From assembly GCA_963719225.1 (NCBI GenBank), contig CAVRAY010000001.1:1600001-1664000 (forward strand): a stretch of DNA of 64,000 bases. The letters run 5' to 3'. A program made the translations under genes and the position numbers. Numbering within the stretch: the stretch's first letter is position 1; every line of letters starts with the position of its first letter. The notes under the pieces are model-generated. The model saw nothing but the letters and a program-made list of their open reading frames with translations, made no database searches and was not told where the DNA came from. This DNA comes from Thermoanaerobaculia bacterium (GTDB lineage Bacteria; Acidobacteriota; Thermoanaerobaculia; UBA5066). Positions 21,843 through 31,339 of the stretch are shown here, piece after piece.

Positions 21843-23597
21843 ATGGACACGAGCGGATACGAGTTTCCCGCCCGGCGGAACCTGCAAGTCTTCGCGTTCG
21901 ACCCGATGCGGGGCCGGACCGCCGGGAACCGCCTGACTCTGGGCGTCCCCTACGAACGCCTCGCTCCCGGGCCGCTCGGCCAGAGAGTGCAGGTGATCGA
22001 CTTCGACGGGACGAATCGCGTGTTCTACGTGCCCGTGGACCTCGAAGATCCCGCCGTCCTCATGAACGACGGCCTGCAGCCGTCCGAGTCGGACCCGCGC
22101 TTTCACCAGCAGATGGTCTACGCGGTGACGATGTCGGTCGTCGAGACGTTCGAGTCGGCCCTCGGGCGGAAGCTCGCTTTCCGCAGACAGAAGGCGCTGA
22201 GGCTCTTCCCGCATGCGTTCGAGGGAGAGAACGCCTTCTACGACCGGGAGCTCTCGGCCGTGCTCTTCGGGTTCTTCAAGGCCGACGAAAAGGATCCCGG
22301 CCCGAACCTCCCGGGCCAGACCGTCTTCACGTGTCTCTCGCACGACATCATCGCCCACGAGGTGACGCACGCGCTCGTCGATCGACTGAAGCCGTTTCTC
22401 ATCGAGGCCAGCAATCCCGACGTGTACGCGTTCCACGAGGGCTTTGCGGATCTCGTCGCCATCTTTCAGCACTTCACCTTGAAGGAGGTGCTGACCGATA
22501 CGATCCAGAAGACGCGGGGAGACCTCCGGTCGCCCGGGCCTCTCGCGGACCTCGCACAACAATTCGGTTACACGACGGGCCGCCGCGGAGCTCTCCGGAC
22601 GGCGATCGACAAGCCCGACCCGTCCCTGTATCGCACCTCGACGGAGCCGCACGAGAGGGGCTCGATCCTCGTCGCGGCGGTCTTCGACGCGTTCTTCGCC
22701 GTCTACCAGCGCCGCATCGAGGATCTGATCCGCATCGCCACGGGCGGAACCGGCCGGCTCCCCGAGGGCTACCTGCACCCCGATCTCGTGAACCGGATCG
22801 CGACCGAGGCCGCCAAGACCGCCCGGAATGTCCTGACGATGTGCGTGCGGGCCTTCGAATACCTGCCTCCGGTGGACGTGACCTACAGCGACTTCCTGCG
22901 TGCCGTCGTGACGGCCGACTTCGAGACCGTTCCCGCGGACGAGCGAGGCTTGCGCGCTTCGCTGATCGAGGCGTTCCGGCTCCGCGGGGTCTATCCGGAG
23001 GGGCAGGGGGTCGTTTCGCTCGCGGAGGAATCGCTCCTGTGGAGGCCTCCCGAGGGGCCCCTCAAGCTGCCTTTCGATCCTTCGCGGGAGGCCCTCGTCG
23101 TCAGCGCCCAGGCTTTCGACCGCGGACCGAGGCGGGGGGAGCCTTCGGCTCCCGGAGCGGACGAGCGAAGTGCTCTCGACCAATGGGCGGGCCTCCTCGG
23201 GGTCTTCGCGAGCGAGCATCGCCGCGAGCTGGGCCTCGACCCGGACGTCAAGCCCCGCCTCGAAGGCTTCCACACCGTCTTTCGCTTTTCGCCGGAGGGC
23301 CGCCTCGTCGTGGAGCTGGTCGCCCAGTTCGTCCAGGAAGACCACGAAGCCGAAAAGGACCCGGCCTACGGCGGCGTCAAGGTCCTGGGCGGCACGACGG
23401 TGATCGCGTCGGTCAACGGCGACATCCGTTACGTGATCGCCAAGCCCCTTACGAAAGAGCGGCGCGAGGTCCAGCTCGAATTCGCGGCGGCGAGTGACCG
23501 GGAGGATCCGATGCTCGCGTGCGGGCGGGAAGGCTACGAGGCGCATCGGCTGAGATTCCGGAACTTCGCGCGTTTGCACGCGTCGAGGCCGCGTTGA
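21843..23597 (+). CDS. Cytoplasmic gluzincin (M4/M36-like) metallopeptidase
   Basis: NAFY, HDIIAHEVTH (HExxH), AFHEGFAD (third ligand ExxxD), EPH; no signal peptide. Confidence 0.78.
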   Translation: MDTSGYEFPARRNLQVFAFDPMRGRTAGNRLTLGVPYERLAPGPLGQRVQVIDFDGTNRVFYVPVDLEDPAVLMNDGLQPSESDPRFHQQMVYAVTMSVVETFESALGRKLAFRRQKALRLFPHAFEGENAFYDRELSAVLFGFFKADEKDPGPNLPGQTVFTCLSHDIIAHEVTHALVDRLKPFLIEASNPDVYAFHEGFADLVAIFQHFTLKEVLTDTIQKTRGDLRSPGPLADLAQQFGYTTGRRGALRTAIDKPDPSLYRTSTEPHERGSILVAAVFDAFFAVYQRRIEDLIRIATGGTGRLPEGYLHPDLVNRIATEAAKTARNVLTMCVRAFEYLPPVDVTYSDFLRAVVTADFETVPADERGLRASLIEAFRLRGVYPEGQGVVSLAEESLLWRPPEGPLKLPFDPSREALVVSAQAFDRGPRRGEPSAPGADERSALDQWAGLLGVFASEHRRELGLDPDVKPRLEGFHTVFRFSPEGRLVVELVAQFVQEDHEAEKDPAYGGVKVLGGTTVIASVNGDIRYVIAKPLTKERREVQLEFAAASDREDPMLACGREGYEAHRLRFRNFARLHASRPR

Positions 23598-23604
23598 GGC
23601 GCCC

Positions 23605-24915
23605 ATGAGCGCGTCCCTTTCGGTCCGCATGTACGACGTGGGCTTCGGAGACTCCTTCCTGTTCACGTTCCCCGCCAAGGGCGGCCGGCGTCCGAAAGTC
23701 CTCGTGGACTGCGGAGTCCATCAGGGTGGACCGGGGCCGGTGCCGATGAAGAAGATCGTGGAAGCGATCGTCGAGGACGTGACGGAAAAGGGCCAGCCGC
23801 GCATCGACCTCGTCATCGCCACGCATCGGCACCGCGATCACGTCTCGGGCTTCGAGCAGGCCGCGTGGAAGGACGTGCGCGTGGACGAGGTCTGGATGCC
23901 GTGGACCGAGCATCCGACCGATCCGGAGGCGCGGGCGATCCGCGAAGCCCAGGCGAAGAAAGCGCAGAAACTGGCGCTGGCGTTCGCCCGCCTCGATCTG
24001 CCGGCCGATCAGAAGCAGTCCCTCCAGGCCGTGGCCGGGAACAACCTGACGAACGCGAAGGCGATGGAGACCCTCCACGAGGGGTTCAAGGGCGCGCCGG
24101 CCCGCCGTTTCCTGCCCGAGAAGGCCGGAGCACGCTCGTGGAAGGAGGACCGGCTGCCCGGCACGACCGTGCATCTCCTGGGGCCCTCCCGAAGCCGGGA
24201 CACCATCCGCGACATGAATCCGCCTCCTGACGAGAGCTTCCTTCGGGCAGCGGCCCTGGAAGCGGCTGGAAAGCTCCTTTCCCCGTTCGAATCGCGCTGG
24301 TACTTCTCCGCCGCCGGAAAGGACTTCGAGGCCTGGTGGTCGAGGCTCGCGCGCTCCCGTCATGAGAAACCGGACGAAGATCAGGACGCGAACCTCCGGC
24401 CCGATGATTCCCTCTTCGCGGCGCGGTGGCTCGACTTCGTGGGGCTCCGCCGCGCCGACCTGAAAGCTGTCGAGGAGAAGGGCAAGGACGATCCCTTCGC
24501 CGCGGCGGTCGCCCTCGAACAGGCGGTGAACGGCACGAGCCTGATGCTGATGCTCGAGATCGGCAAGGCGTTTCTCCTCCTTCCCGGCGACGCGCAATGG
24601 GGGACGTGGCACGAGGCGCTCGACGATGCCGACTCGGCCGAGCTCCTGAAGAAGACGACCTTCTACAAGGTGGGCCACCACGGCAGCCACAACGCCACGC
24701 CCGTCGACTTCGTGAAGCTGCTCAAGGGAGAGGGTCTCACCGCGATGGTCTCGACGGAGACGAAGCCGTTCGACACCATTCCCCGCCTGCCCCTCCTCGA
24801 AGCGCTGAAGGCGAAGTCGAAACGCATCGTGCGCAGCGACGACGCAAAGGCGGACGTGAAGCCGCCGTTCAAGCGCGTCGACGCGATCCGGACCGACCTC
24901 GAGCTCGCGGTCTAG
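23605..24915 (+). CDS. Metallo-beta-lactamase fold hydrolase, ComEC/Rec2-like
   Basis: DVGFGDS, LVDCG, THRHRDH, NGTS, LLPGDAQ, KVGHHGSHN. Confidence 0.82.
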   Translation: MSASLSVRMYDVGFGDSFLFTFPAKGGRRPKVLVDCGVHQGGPGPVPMKKIVEAIVEDVTEKGQPRIDLVIATHRHRDHVSGFEQAAWKDVRVDEVWMPWTEHPTDPEARAIREAQAKKAQKLALAFARLDLPADQKQSLQAVAGNNLTNAKAMETLHEGFKGAPARRFLPEKAGARSWKEDRLPGTTVHLLGPSRSRDTIRDMNPPPDESFLRAAALEAAGKLLSPFESRWYFSAAGKDFEAWWSRLARSRHEKPDEDQDANLRPDDSLFAARWLDFVGLRRADLKAVEEKGKDDPFAAAVALEQAVNGTSLMLMLEIGKAFLLLPGDAQWGTWHEALDDADSAELLKKTTFYKVGHHGSHNATPVDFVKLLKGEGLTAMVSTETKPFDTIPRLPLLEALKAKSKRIVRSDDAKADVKPPFKRVDAIRTDLELAV

Positions 24916-24934
24916 GTCCGCTCGTCACCGGCTC

Positions 24935-24963
24935 TTGACAGGTCCGTCTCCCGCGCCTAGGCT
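24935..24963 (+). promoter_or_regulatory. Sigma70-type promoter of the asd-lysC-dap operon
   Basis: TTGACA (24935-24940), 17-nt spacer, TAGGCT (24958-24963). Confidence 0.8.
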
Positions 24964-24973
24964 GCACGCCACG

Positions 24974-25051
24974 ATGAGCGCCCCCTGCGCCCGAAAGCGC
25001 AAGACCGCGAAGAAGACTACGCCGCAAGGCGGGCGATGGAGCGTTCTCTAA
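24974..25051 (+). CDS. Putative attenuation leader peptide MSAPCARKRKTAKKTTPQGGRWSVL
   Basis: 25-codon ORF right after the promoter with 4 Lys and 3 Thr codons clustered in KRKTAKKTT. Confidence 0.72.
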   Translation: MSAPCARKRKTAKKTTPQGGRWSVL

Positions 25052-25091
25052 GATCGACGTCTTTCGACGATCACCACGGAGACACACCAGG

Positions 25092-25122
25092 GGCCCGCCG
25101 GAAACGGCGGGCCTTTTCGTTT
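25092..25122 (+). terminator. Intrinsic terminator (attenuator) upstream of asd
   Basis: GGCCCGCCG-GAAA-CGGCGGGCC followed by TTTTCGTTT. Confidence 0.85.
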
Positions 25123-25137
25123 CGAGAAGGAGAACCC

Positions 25138-26217
25138 ATGGCGACCCCGAACGATTTCCGGATTCCGGTGGCGGTCCTCGGCGCGACGGGCGCCGTGGGA
25201 CAGCGCCTCGTCTCCCTGCTGGAGGGTCACCCGCGGTTCGTCCTCGCGGAGGTCGCGGCCTCGGAGAGATCGGCGGGGAAGCGCTACGCCGACGCGACGC
25301 GCTGGTTCCTGCCGGGCGACGTCCCGGCCGCCGCGCGCGACCTCGTCGTCACCTCCGTCGAAGACGAGCTGTCGTCGCCGCTCTGCCTGTCCGCGCTCGA
25401 TGCGGCCGTCGCGGACACCGTCGAGCCGCTCCAGGCCTCACGCGGGAAGCTCGTCGTCTCGAACACGAAGTCGTTCCGGATGAAGCCGGACGTCCCTCTC
25501 GTCATCCCGGAAGTGAACCCGGACCATCTCGCTCTTCTCGACGTGCAGTCGTGGCACGCCGCGGGCGGCGGCATCGTGACGAACCCGAACTGCTCCGTCG
25601 TGGGCCTCGCCATGGCGCTCGCGCCGCTCGAGCGCGCCTTCGGCGTCGGGCGCGTTTCGGTCACGACGATGCAGGCGCTCTCGGGAGCCGGCTATCCCGG
25701 AGTGGCATCGCTGGACGCGCAGGGCAACGTGATTCCGTTCATCGACGGCGAGGAGGAGAAGATCGAGAGGGAGCCGCGAAAGATCCTGGGTCGCCTCGTG
25801 AACGGGCGCGTCGTGGACGCGGACTTCCCGATCTCGGTTTCCGTGAACCGCGTGCCGGTGCGAGACGGCCACACGGAATCGGTCTTCGTCGATCTCAGGA
25901 ACAAGGCGTCTCTGGACGAGGTGCGCGGCGTGCTCGACGCTTTCACGGGAGAGCCGCAGCGGCTGAAGCTGCCCTCTGCTCCGGCGCGGCCGATCGTCGT
26001 CCGCGACGAGCGGGACCGGCCCCAGCCCGCGCGCGACGTCGACGCGGGAAACGGCATGACGGTGACGATCGGGCGCCTGCGGCCCGATCCCGCGTTCGAC
26101 TTCAAGTTCACCGTTCTCGTCCACAACACGGTACGCGGGGCGGCCGGAGCGGCCCTGCTCAACGCCGAGCTGCTCCTGGCGCAGGGGCGCGTCGTCTCGC
26201 GAGCTCCCGTGCGATGA
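25138..26217 (+). CDS. asd: Aspartate-semialdehyde dehydrogenase
   Basis: VLGATGAVGQ, TNPNCS, QALSGAGY, HNTVRGAAG; SD GAAGGAG; ATG at 25138. Confidence 0.95.
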   Translation: MATPNDFRIPVAVLGATGAVGQRLVSLLEGHPRFVLAEVAASERSAGKRYADATRWFLPGDVPAAARDLVVTSVEDELSSPLCLSALDAAVADTVEPLQASRGKLVVSNTKSFRMKPDVPLVIPEVNPDHLALLDVQSWHAAGGGIVTNPNCSVVGLAMALAPLERAFGVGRVSVTTMQALSGAGYPGVASLDAQGNVIPFIDGEEEKIEREPRKILGRLVNGRVVDADFPISVSVNRVPVRDGHTESVFVDLRNKASLDEVRGVLDAFTGEPQRLKLPSAPARPIVVRDERDRPQPARDVDAGNGMTVTIGRLRPDPAFDFKFTVLVHNTVRGAAGAALLNAELLLAQGRVVSRAPVR

Positions 26218-27578
26218 CCGACGTCCTCAAGTTCGGCGGGACGTCGGTGGGATCGGCCGAGCGGATCCGGGACGTCGCGCGCCTCGTCGAAACGCGCGGG
26301 GGAGAGCCGGGCCTCGTCGTCGTCTCGGCGATGGCCGGGGTGACGGACCTTCTGGTCGGATTGAAGAATTCTTCGAAAGAGAAGGAGCGGGCCGCTGCCG
26401 AGTCCGCGCTCGACGAGCTGGAAGGTCGCCACCGCGCGGCGCTCGATGGCCTTTCCCTTCCCGAAAGCGAGAAGCGGATCTGCGCCGTCGCGATCGACGA
26501 GGAGATGCGGCGATGCCGGGAGCTGTCTCTCGGGATCTCCCTACTCGAAGAAATCTCTCCTCGAACCTCGGATGCGCTCCTGGCGATCGGAGAATTGATC
26601 TGCTCGCGCCTCGTCGCCGCCGCGCTCCGCGCGAGCGGCGCGGAGGCCGTGTGGATCGATCCGCGCGACGTCCTCGCGACGGACCGCTCGTACGGCGCGG
26701 CGCTGGCGGACGAGAAGGAGACCGCGATCCGCGTGGCCAGGCACGTCGCGCCTCACCTCGCGGCGAGCCGGATCGTCGTCACGGGGGGCTTCGTCGGCGC
26801 CGCGCCGGACGGCTCGACGACGACCCTCGGCCGGGGAGGGTCGGACTACTCGGCCGCGCTCTTCGGCGCCGCGCTCCACGACATCGGGCGGTCCGTGGGC
26901 CGGATCGAGATCTGGACGGACGTGGACGGAATCCTGACCGCCGATCCACGCGTGGTTTCCGCGGCGCGGCTCGTGCCGGAGGTGAGCTATCCCGAGGCGG
27001 CCGAGCTGGCGTTCTTCGGAGCGAAGGTCCTCCATCCGGCCACGATCCGCCCGGCCGTGGCGCGCGGGATCCCGGTCGCCGTCAAGAACACGTTCCGCCC
27101 CGAATGCCCTGGAACCGTCGTGCGCCAGGACGTGCCCGGGAACGGCGTCCGGGCCGTCGCCATGCGCGGGGGGGTGACGGCGCTCTTCGTGGGCAGCCCG
27201 CGCATGCTGCTCGCCCACGGCTACGCGGCGAAGGTCTTCTCCGTCTTCGAGAAGCACGGCGTGCCGGTGGACGTCATCGCGACGAGCGAGGTCTCGATTT
27301 CCATCACGGTGAGCGAAAAGGCGCCCCTCGAAGGCGTCGTGCGCGACCTTTCCGAGTTCGCCGAGGTCTCGCTCCTCAAGCATCTCGCGGTCGTGTCCGT
27401 CGTCGGAAAGGGTCTGCGCTCGACGGCCGGGGTCGCCTTCCGGATCTTCGGCGCGGTCGGCGACGTGAACGTCGTCCTCATCTCGCAGGGCGCATCCGAC
27501 ACGAACGTGACTTTCGTGGTCGACGGAAACGACGCACCAGAAGCGCTGCGAAGGCTCCACAGGGAGTTCTTCGAATGA
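26214..27578 (+). CDS. lysC: Aspartokinase
   Basis: KFGGTSV, TLGRGGSDYSA, WTDVDG, FFGAKVLHP, two ACT domains. Confidence 0.95.
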   Translation: MTDVLKFGGTSVGSAERIRDVARLVETRGGEPGLVVVSAMAGVTDLLVGLKNSSKEKERAAAESALDELEGRHRAALDGLSLPESEKRICAVAIDEEMRRCRELSLGISLLEEISPRTSDALLAIGELICSRLVAAALRASGAEAVWIDPRDVLATDRSYGAALADEKETAIRVARHVAPHLAASRIVVTGGFVGAAPDGSTTTLGRGGSDYSAALFGAALHDIGRSVGRIEIWTDVDGILTADPRVVSAARLVPEVSYPEAAELAFFGAKVLHPATIRPAVARGIPVAVKNTFRPECPGTVVRQDVPGNGVRAVAMRGGVTALFVGSPRMLLAHGYAAKVFSVFEKHGVPVDVIATSEVSISITVSEKAPLEGVVRDLSEFAEVSLLKHLAVVSVVGKGLRSTAGVAFRIFGAVGDVNVVLISQGASDTNVTFVVDGNDAPEALRRLHREFFE

Positions 27579-28267
27579 AAGCCCTTCTGGTCGGATACGG
27601 GAAGATGGGGAAAGCCATCGAGATGGCGCTGATCCACAGCGGGCACGAAGTCGCCGGACGGTTGGGGCGCAAAGAGATTTCGGACTTTCCGATCTGCGAA
27701 GTCGCCTTTGAGTTCACCACGCCCGCCTCCGCTCCTCTGGTGGTCCCCCTTCTCCTTTCTCAGAAAATCCCGGTCGTCTCCGGGACGACCGGCTGGGACA
27801 CGACTTCGGCCGCGCACCTCGCACGGGAACAAAAGACTCTTTTTCTTCACTCCTCGAATTTTTCCCTAGGCGTCGCCGCGCTCAGGCGCGCGGTCGCCGC
27901 CGCTGCCGCCGCTCTCGCGCCGTTCTCCGAGTTCGAGCCGGGAATCGTGGAGCGGCATCACGCGGCCAAGAAAGACTCCCCCTCGGGAACCGCACGCACC
28001 CTCGCGCTCGACATCACGCGCGAGCCTCTCTCGAAGAGGTCCATCCCGATCGTCTCCCTCAGGCAGGGCGGCCAGCCGGGAGAGCATTCGGTCTACTTCG
28101 AGGGCACGGACGAGACGCTGGAGCTCGTGCACCGCGCCCGCTCGCGTTCGATCTTTGCGCTTGGCGCCGTGCGCGCCGCGGAATGGATGATCGACTCGGG
28201 CCGCTCGGGCCCGGTGACCTTCGACGAATTCTTCGACGATCTGTCGCTCAAGGGAGGCACTTCATGA
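27575..28267 (+). CDS. dapB: 4-hydroxy-tetrahydrodipicolinate reductase
   Basis: GYGKMG, VSGTTG, NFSLG, ERHHAAKKDSPSGTA. Confidence 0.94.
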   Translation: MKALLVGYGKMGKAIEMALIHSGHEVAGRLGRKEISDFPICEVAFEFTTPASAPLVVPLLLSQKIPVVSGTTGWDTTSAAHLAREQKTLFLHSSNFSLGVAALRRAVAAAAAALAPFSEFEPGIVERHHAAKKDSPSGTARTLALDITREPLSKRSIPIVSLRQGGQPGEHSVYFEGTDETLELVHRARSRSIFALGAVRAAEWMIDSGRSGPVTFDEFFDDLSLKGGTS

Positions 28268-29232
28268 TTACGTCAGCACCCGGGCAGAACTCTTCATCCT
28301 CCAGGAATCTCCCTCTCTCCGGGGTCTTCACCGCGATCGTCACGCCGTTTCGCGACGACGGGTCCGTCGACGAAGCGGGCCTCCGCCGGCTCGCGAAACG
28401 CCAGATCGAGGGCGGCGTCGCGGGTCTCGTCCCGTGCGGGACGACGGGCGAAGCCGTCACGCTGGACGCCGAGGAGCACGAGCGTGTCGTCGCCATCGTC
28501 GCCGAGGAGGCGCGGACGTCGTCGCGGCGCGTCACGGTGATCGCGGGCTGCGGCTCGAACGACACGCGGAAGTCACAGGCTCTCGCCGAACGGTGCCGTC
28601 GGGCGGGCGCCGACGCGCTTCTCGTCGTCACGCCTTACTACAACAAGCCCACGCCGAGAGGCCTGGTCGCGCACTTCCTGGCCGTCGCCGACGCGGGACG
28701 CCTGCCGCTCGTTCTTTACAACGTGCCGGGACGCACCGGACTGAACATGCAGCCGGACACCATTCTCGAGCTCGCGAAGGACCCGCGCATCGTCGCCGTG
28801 AAGGAAGCTTCGGGCAGCCTCGACCAGGCCTGCGAGATCCTCCGCGCCCGTCCGGCCGGATTCACCGTCCTCTCCGGCGAGGACTCGCTGGCGATCCCGA
28901 TGATCTCCTGCGGCGCCGAGGGCGTGATCGCGGTCGTCTCGAACGAGGCCCCCGGTCTTTACGCGGAGGCGATTGCCGCGGCCCTCGCCGGGAATCGCGC
29001 GCGCGCGTCGGAGCTCCAGGCAAAGATCTTCCCGCTCATGAAAGCGAATTTCCGCGAATCGAATCCGATCCCGGTCAAGTGGGCTCTCGAGCGGCTCGGC
29101 CTGATCGGGGGCGCGCTGCGTCTCCCGCTCGTTCCGCTCTCGCCGCAGCACCAAGCCCCGGTCGAGGAGGCGCTCAGGACCGCCGGTCTCCTCGATGCCG
29201 CGGGCAAGCCGGTCGAGATGGCGGCCGCGTGA
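28264..29232 (+). CDS. dapA: 4-hydroxy-tetrahydrodipicolinate synthase
   Basis: CGTTGE, PYYNKP, LYNVPGRT, VKEASG, SNPIPVK. Confidence 0.95.
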   Translation: MITSAPGQNSSSSRNLPLSGVFTAIVTPFRDDGSVDEAGLRRLAKRQIEGGVAGLVPCGTTGEAVTLDAEEHERVVAIVAEEARTSSRRVTVIAGCGSNDTRKSQALAERCRRAGADALLVVTPYYNKPTPRGLVAHFLAVADAGRLPLVLYNVPGRTGLNMQPDTILELAKDPRIVAVKEASGSLDQACEILRARPAGFTVLSGEDSLAIPMISCGAEGVIAVVSNEAPGLYAEAIAAALAGNRARASELQAKIFPLMKANFRESNPIPVKWALERLGLIGGALRLPLVPLSPQHQAPVEEALRTAGLLDAAGKPVEMAAA

Positions 29233-29996
29233 CGCGCGAGGAGGTCGTGGCTCTTCTCGAGGCGCTCGAGCGCGGCGAGGTCCGCGCGGCTTCTTCTGAC
29301 GCCGAGGGAAACTGGGTTGCCAACGCGGGCGTCAAGGAGGGCATCCTCGAGGCCTTCCGGCTCGGCGTCGAAGAGCCGAGCGAGGCCGGCCCGCTGCTCT
29401 TCCGGGACCGCGACACGCTGCCACCCCGCCGGCCTCTTCCCGAAGGCGTGCGCGTCGTCCCGGGCGGGACGGCGCTTCGCCGCGGCGCGTTTCTCGCGAG
29501 GGGCGTCGTCGTGATGCCGCCCGCCTACGTGAACGTGGGCGCGTACGTCGACGAGGGATCGATGATCGACAGCCATGCGCTCGTGGGCTCCTGCGCGCAG
29601 ATCGGGAAGAAGGTCCACCTCTCGGCGGCCGCGCAGGTGGGCGGCGTCCTCGAGCCCGTGGGCGCGGTCCCCGTCGTCATCGAGGACGAAGTCTTCGTGG
29701 GCGGCGGTGCCGGGATCTACGAAGGCGTCCGCGTGAGGAAGCGAGCCGTCCTCGCGGCGGGCGTCATCCTGACGGCCTCGAGCGTCGTGTTCGATCCCGT
29801 GAACGAGCGGGAGCTGCGCTCGGCGCCGGGCCGCCCGCTCGTCATCCCCGAGGGCGCCGTCGTCGTCCCGGGCTCGAGGCGGGCCTCGGGCGCCTGGGCG
29901 GAGGCCCGGGGGCTTTCGCTCTCGGCTCCGATCATCGTGAAGTATCGCGACGCGAAGACGGACGCGAGGACGGTGCTCGAGAGCGCGCTGCGGTGA
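29229..29996 (+). CDS. dapD: Tetrahydrodipicolinate N-succinyltransferase
   Basis: YVNVGAYVDEG, VGSCAQIG, GGVLEP hexapeptide region. Confidence 0.92.
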   Translation: MTREEVVALLEALERGEVRAASSDAEGNWVANAGVKEGILEAFRLGVEEPSEAGPLLFRDRDTLPPRRPLPEGVRVVPGGTALRRGAFLARGVVVMPPAYVNVGAYVDEGSMIDSHALVGSCAQIGKKVHLSAAAQVGGVLEPVGAVPVVIEDEVFVGGGAGIYEGVRVRKRAVLAAGVILTASSVVFDPVNERELRSAPGRPLVIPEGAVVVPGSRRASGAWAEARGLSLSAPIIVKYRDAKTDARTVLESALR

Positions 29997-30076
29997 AGCG
30001 AAGAGAAGAGATTTGCACGCGGCCTTCGGCCGCGCGACCGGGGAGTCGGAGAAGATTTCTTAGAAGGGAATAGGGA

Positions 30077-31339
30077 TTGCCGGACTCCGTTTTGCGTCGT
30101 GCCGCGAGTCTCTTCGGAACGCCGCTGTATCTGTACGACTTCGATGTGATCGAACGCCAGGTGTTGCGCCTCAGGCACGCCCTCGGCCCCCGCTTCGAGC
30201 TCGCGTATGCGGTCAAGGCCAACCCCTCGCTCGGAATTCTTTCCTTTCTAAGAAAATTCGGTCTCTCCTCGGACGTCGCGTCCCGGGGCGAGCTGCTCGC
30301 GGTGCGCCTGGCCGGATGTCCACCTTCCAAGATCCTCTCGACCGGCCCCGCGAAAACCGACGCCGACCTCGAAGCGCTCGTGCGCGCTCGAGTGTCGATT
30401 GTCCATGCGGAGGGTGAATGGGAGCTCGAACGCCTCGAGGAACTGGCAAGACGCCTGAGAAGGCAAGTTCCCGTGGGCCTTCGCCTGAACCCGCCCTGGG
30501 GCATTGCCGAAAAGCGCGTCATCATCGGTGGCCCCGGCGCGAAGAAGTTCGGATTCGACTTGAAGAGCGCGAGAGACGTTCTTCGAACGACGAAGAAATT
30601 CCCGCATCTCGACGTCTGCGGCTTTCAGGTGTTCAACGCCTCGAACGTCCTCGACGCGCGGCTCCTCGTCGAGAACACGCGTCGCGTGCTCGACCTCGCT
30701 CTTTCACTTTCGAAGAAATACGGCGTTCCGCTCCGCTCCGTGGATTTCGGTGGCGGCTTCGGCGTGCCATACGCCGGAAGAGAAAGACCACTGGATCTAG
30801 GAGTTCTTGGAAAGGGGCTGAGGGAGGTCGCGAAGGAGGCGCGCTCGAGCGGCCTGCCCGACTCGACTCGCCTCGTGTTCGAGCCCGGGCGCTTTCTCGT
30901 GGCCGAAAGCGGAACGTACCTCGTGAAGGTTCTGGGGACGAAACGGAGCCGCGGCGTCGACTACGTCCTCATGGATGGCGGTGTCCACCACTTCCTCCGC
31001 CCGGTCCTCCTCGGAACTCCCCACCGCGTCAGGCTCGTCAAAGGAACGGCGGGCGCTCGCGGCGGCCGGTCTTCACCTTCTAAGAAATCTCTGGTTCTTT
31101 CCGGTCCCCTCTGTACGTCTCTCGACATCCTCCATCCGGCCGCGCACCTCCCGCTCCCCGCCCGTGGCGACCTCCTCGCCTTCGAGAAAGCGGGCGCCTA
31201 CGGCTTCACCGAGTCGATGCCGCTCTTCCTCTCGCACGCGTGGCCGGCCGAGGTCGCCGTGTGGAAAGGTCGAATCACTCTCCTGAGGAGGCCGCCGACG
31301 GTGGAATCGCTCCTTCGTGCGCAGAGGCGGCAGGTGTGA
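30077..31339 (+). CDS. Fold-type III PLP decarboxylase, diaminopimelate decarboxylase-like (atypical motifs)
   Basis: YAVKANP, KFG, DFGGGFG, EPGRFLV, GPLCTSLD, GAYG; downstream of the dap genes. Confidence 0.8.
   Translation: MPDSVLRRAASLFGTPLYLYDFDVIERQVLRLRHALGPRFELAYAVKANPSLGILSFLRKFGLSSDVASRGELLAVRLAGCPPSKILSTGPAKTDADLEALVRARVSIVHAEGEWELERLEELARRLRRQVPVGLRLNPPWGIAEKRVIIGGPGAKKFGFDLKSARDVLRTTKKFPHLDVCGFQVFNASNVLDARLLVENTRRVLDLALSLSKKYGVPLRSVDFGGGFGVPYAGRERPLDLGVLGKGLREVAKEARSSGLPDSTRLVFEPGRFLVAESGTYLVKVLGTKRSRGVDYVLMDGGVHHFLRPVLLGTPHRVRLVKGTAGARGGRSSPSKKSLVLSGPLCTSLDILHPAAHLPLPARGDLLAFEKAGAYGFTESMPLFLSHAWPAEVAVWKGRITLLRRPPTVESLLRAQRRQV

Noticed and set aside
20843-23678. Long alternative-frame and antisense ORFs (e.g. 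884 aa, 641 aa and many similar ones across the window)
   Set aside because: Arg/Gly/Pro-rich shadow frames typical of high-GC DNA, with no domain motifs, overlapping well-supported genes.
24940-25135. Lysine riboswitch or T-box upstream of asd
   Set aside because: The leader is too short before the terminator and I saw no aptamer or T-box consensus; the leader-peptide model fits better.
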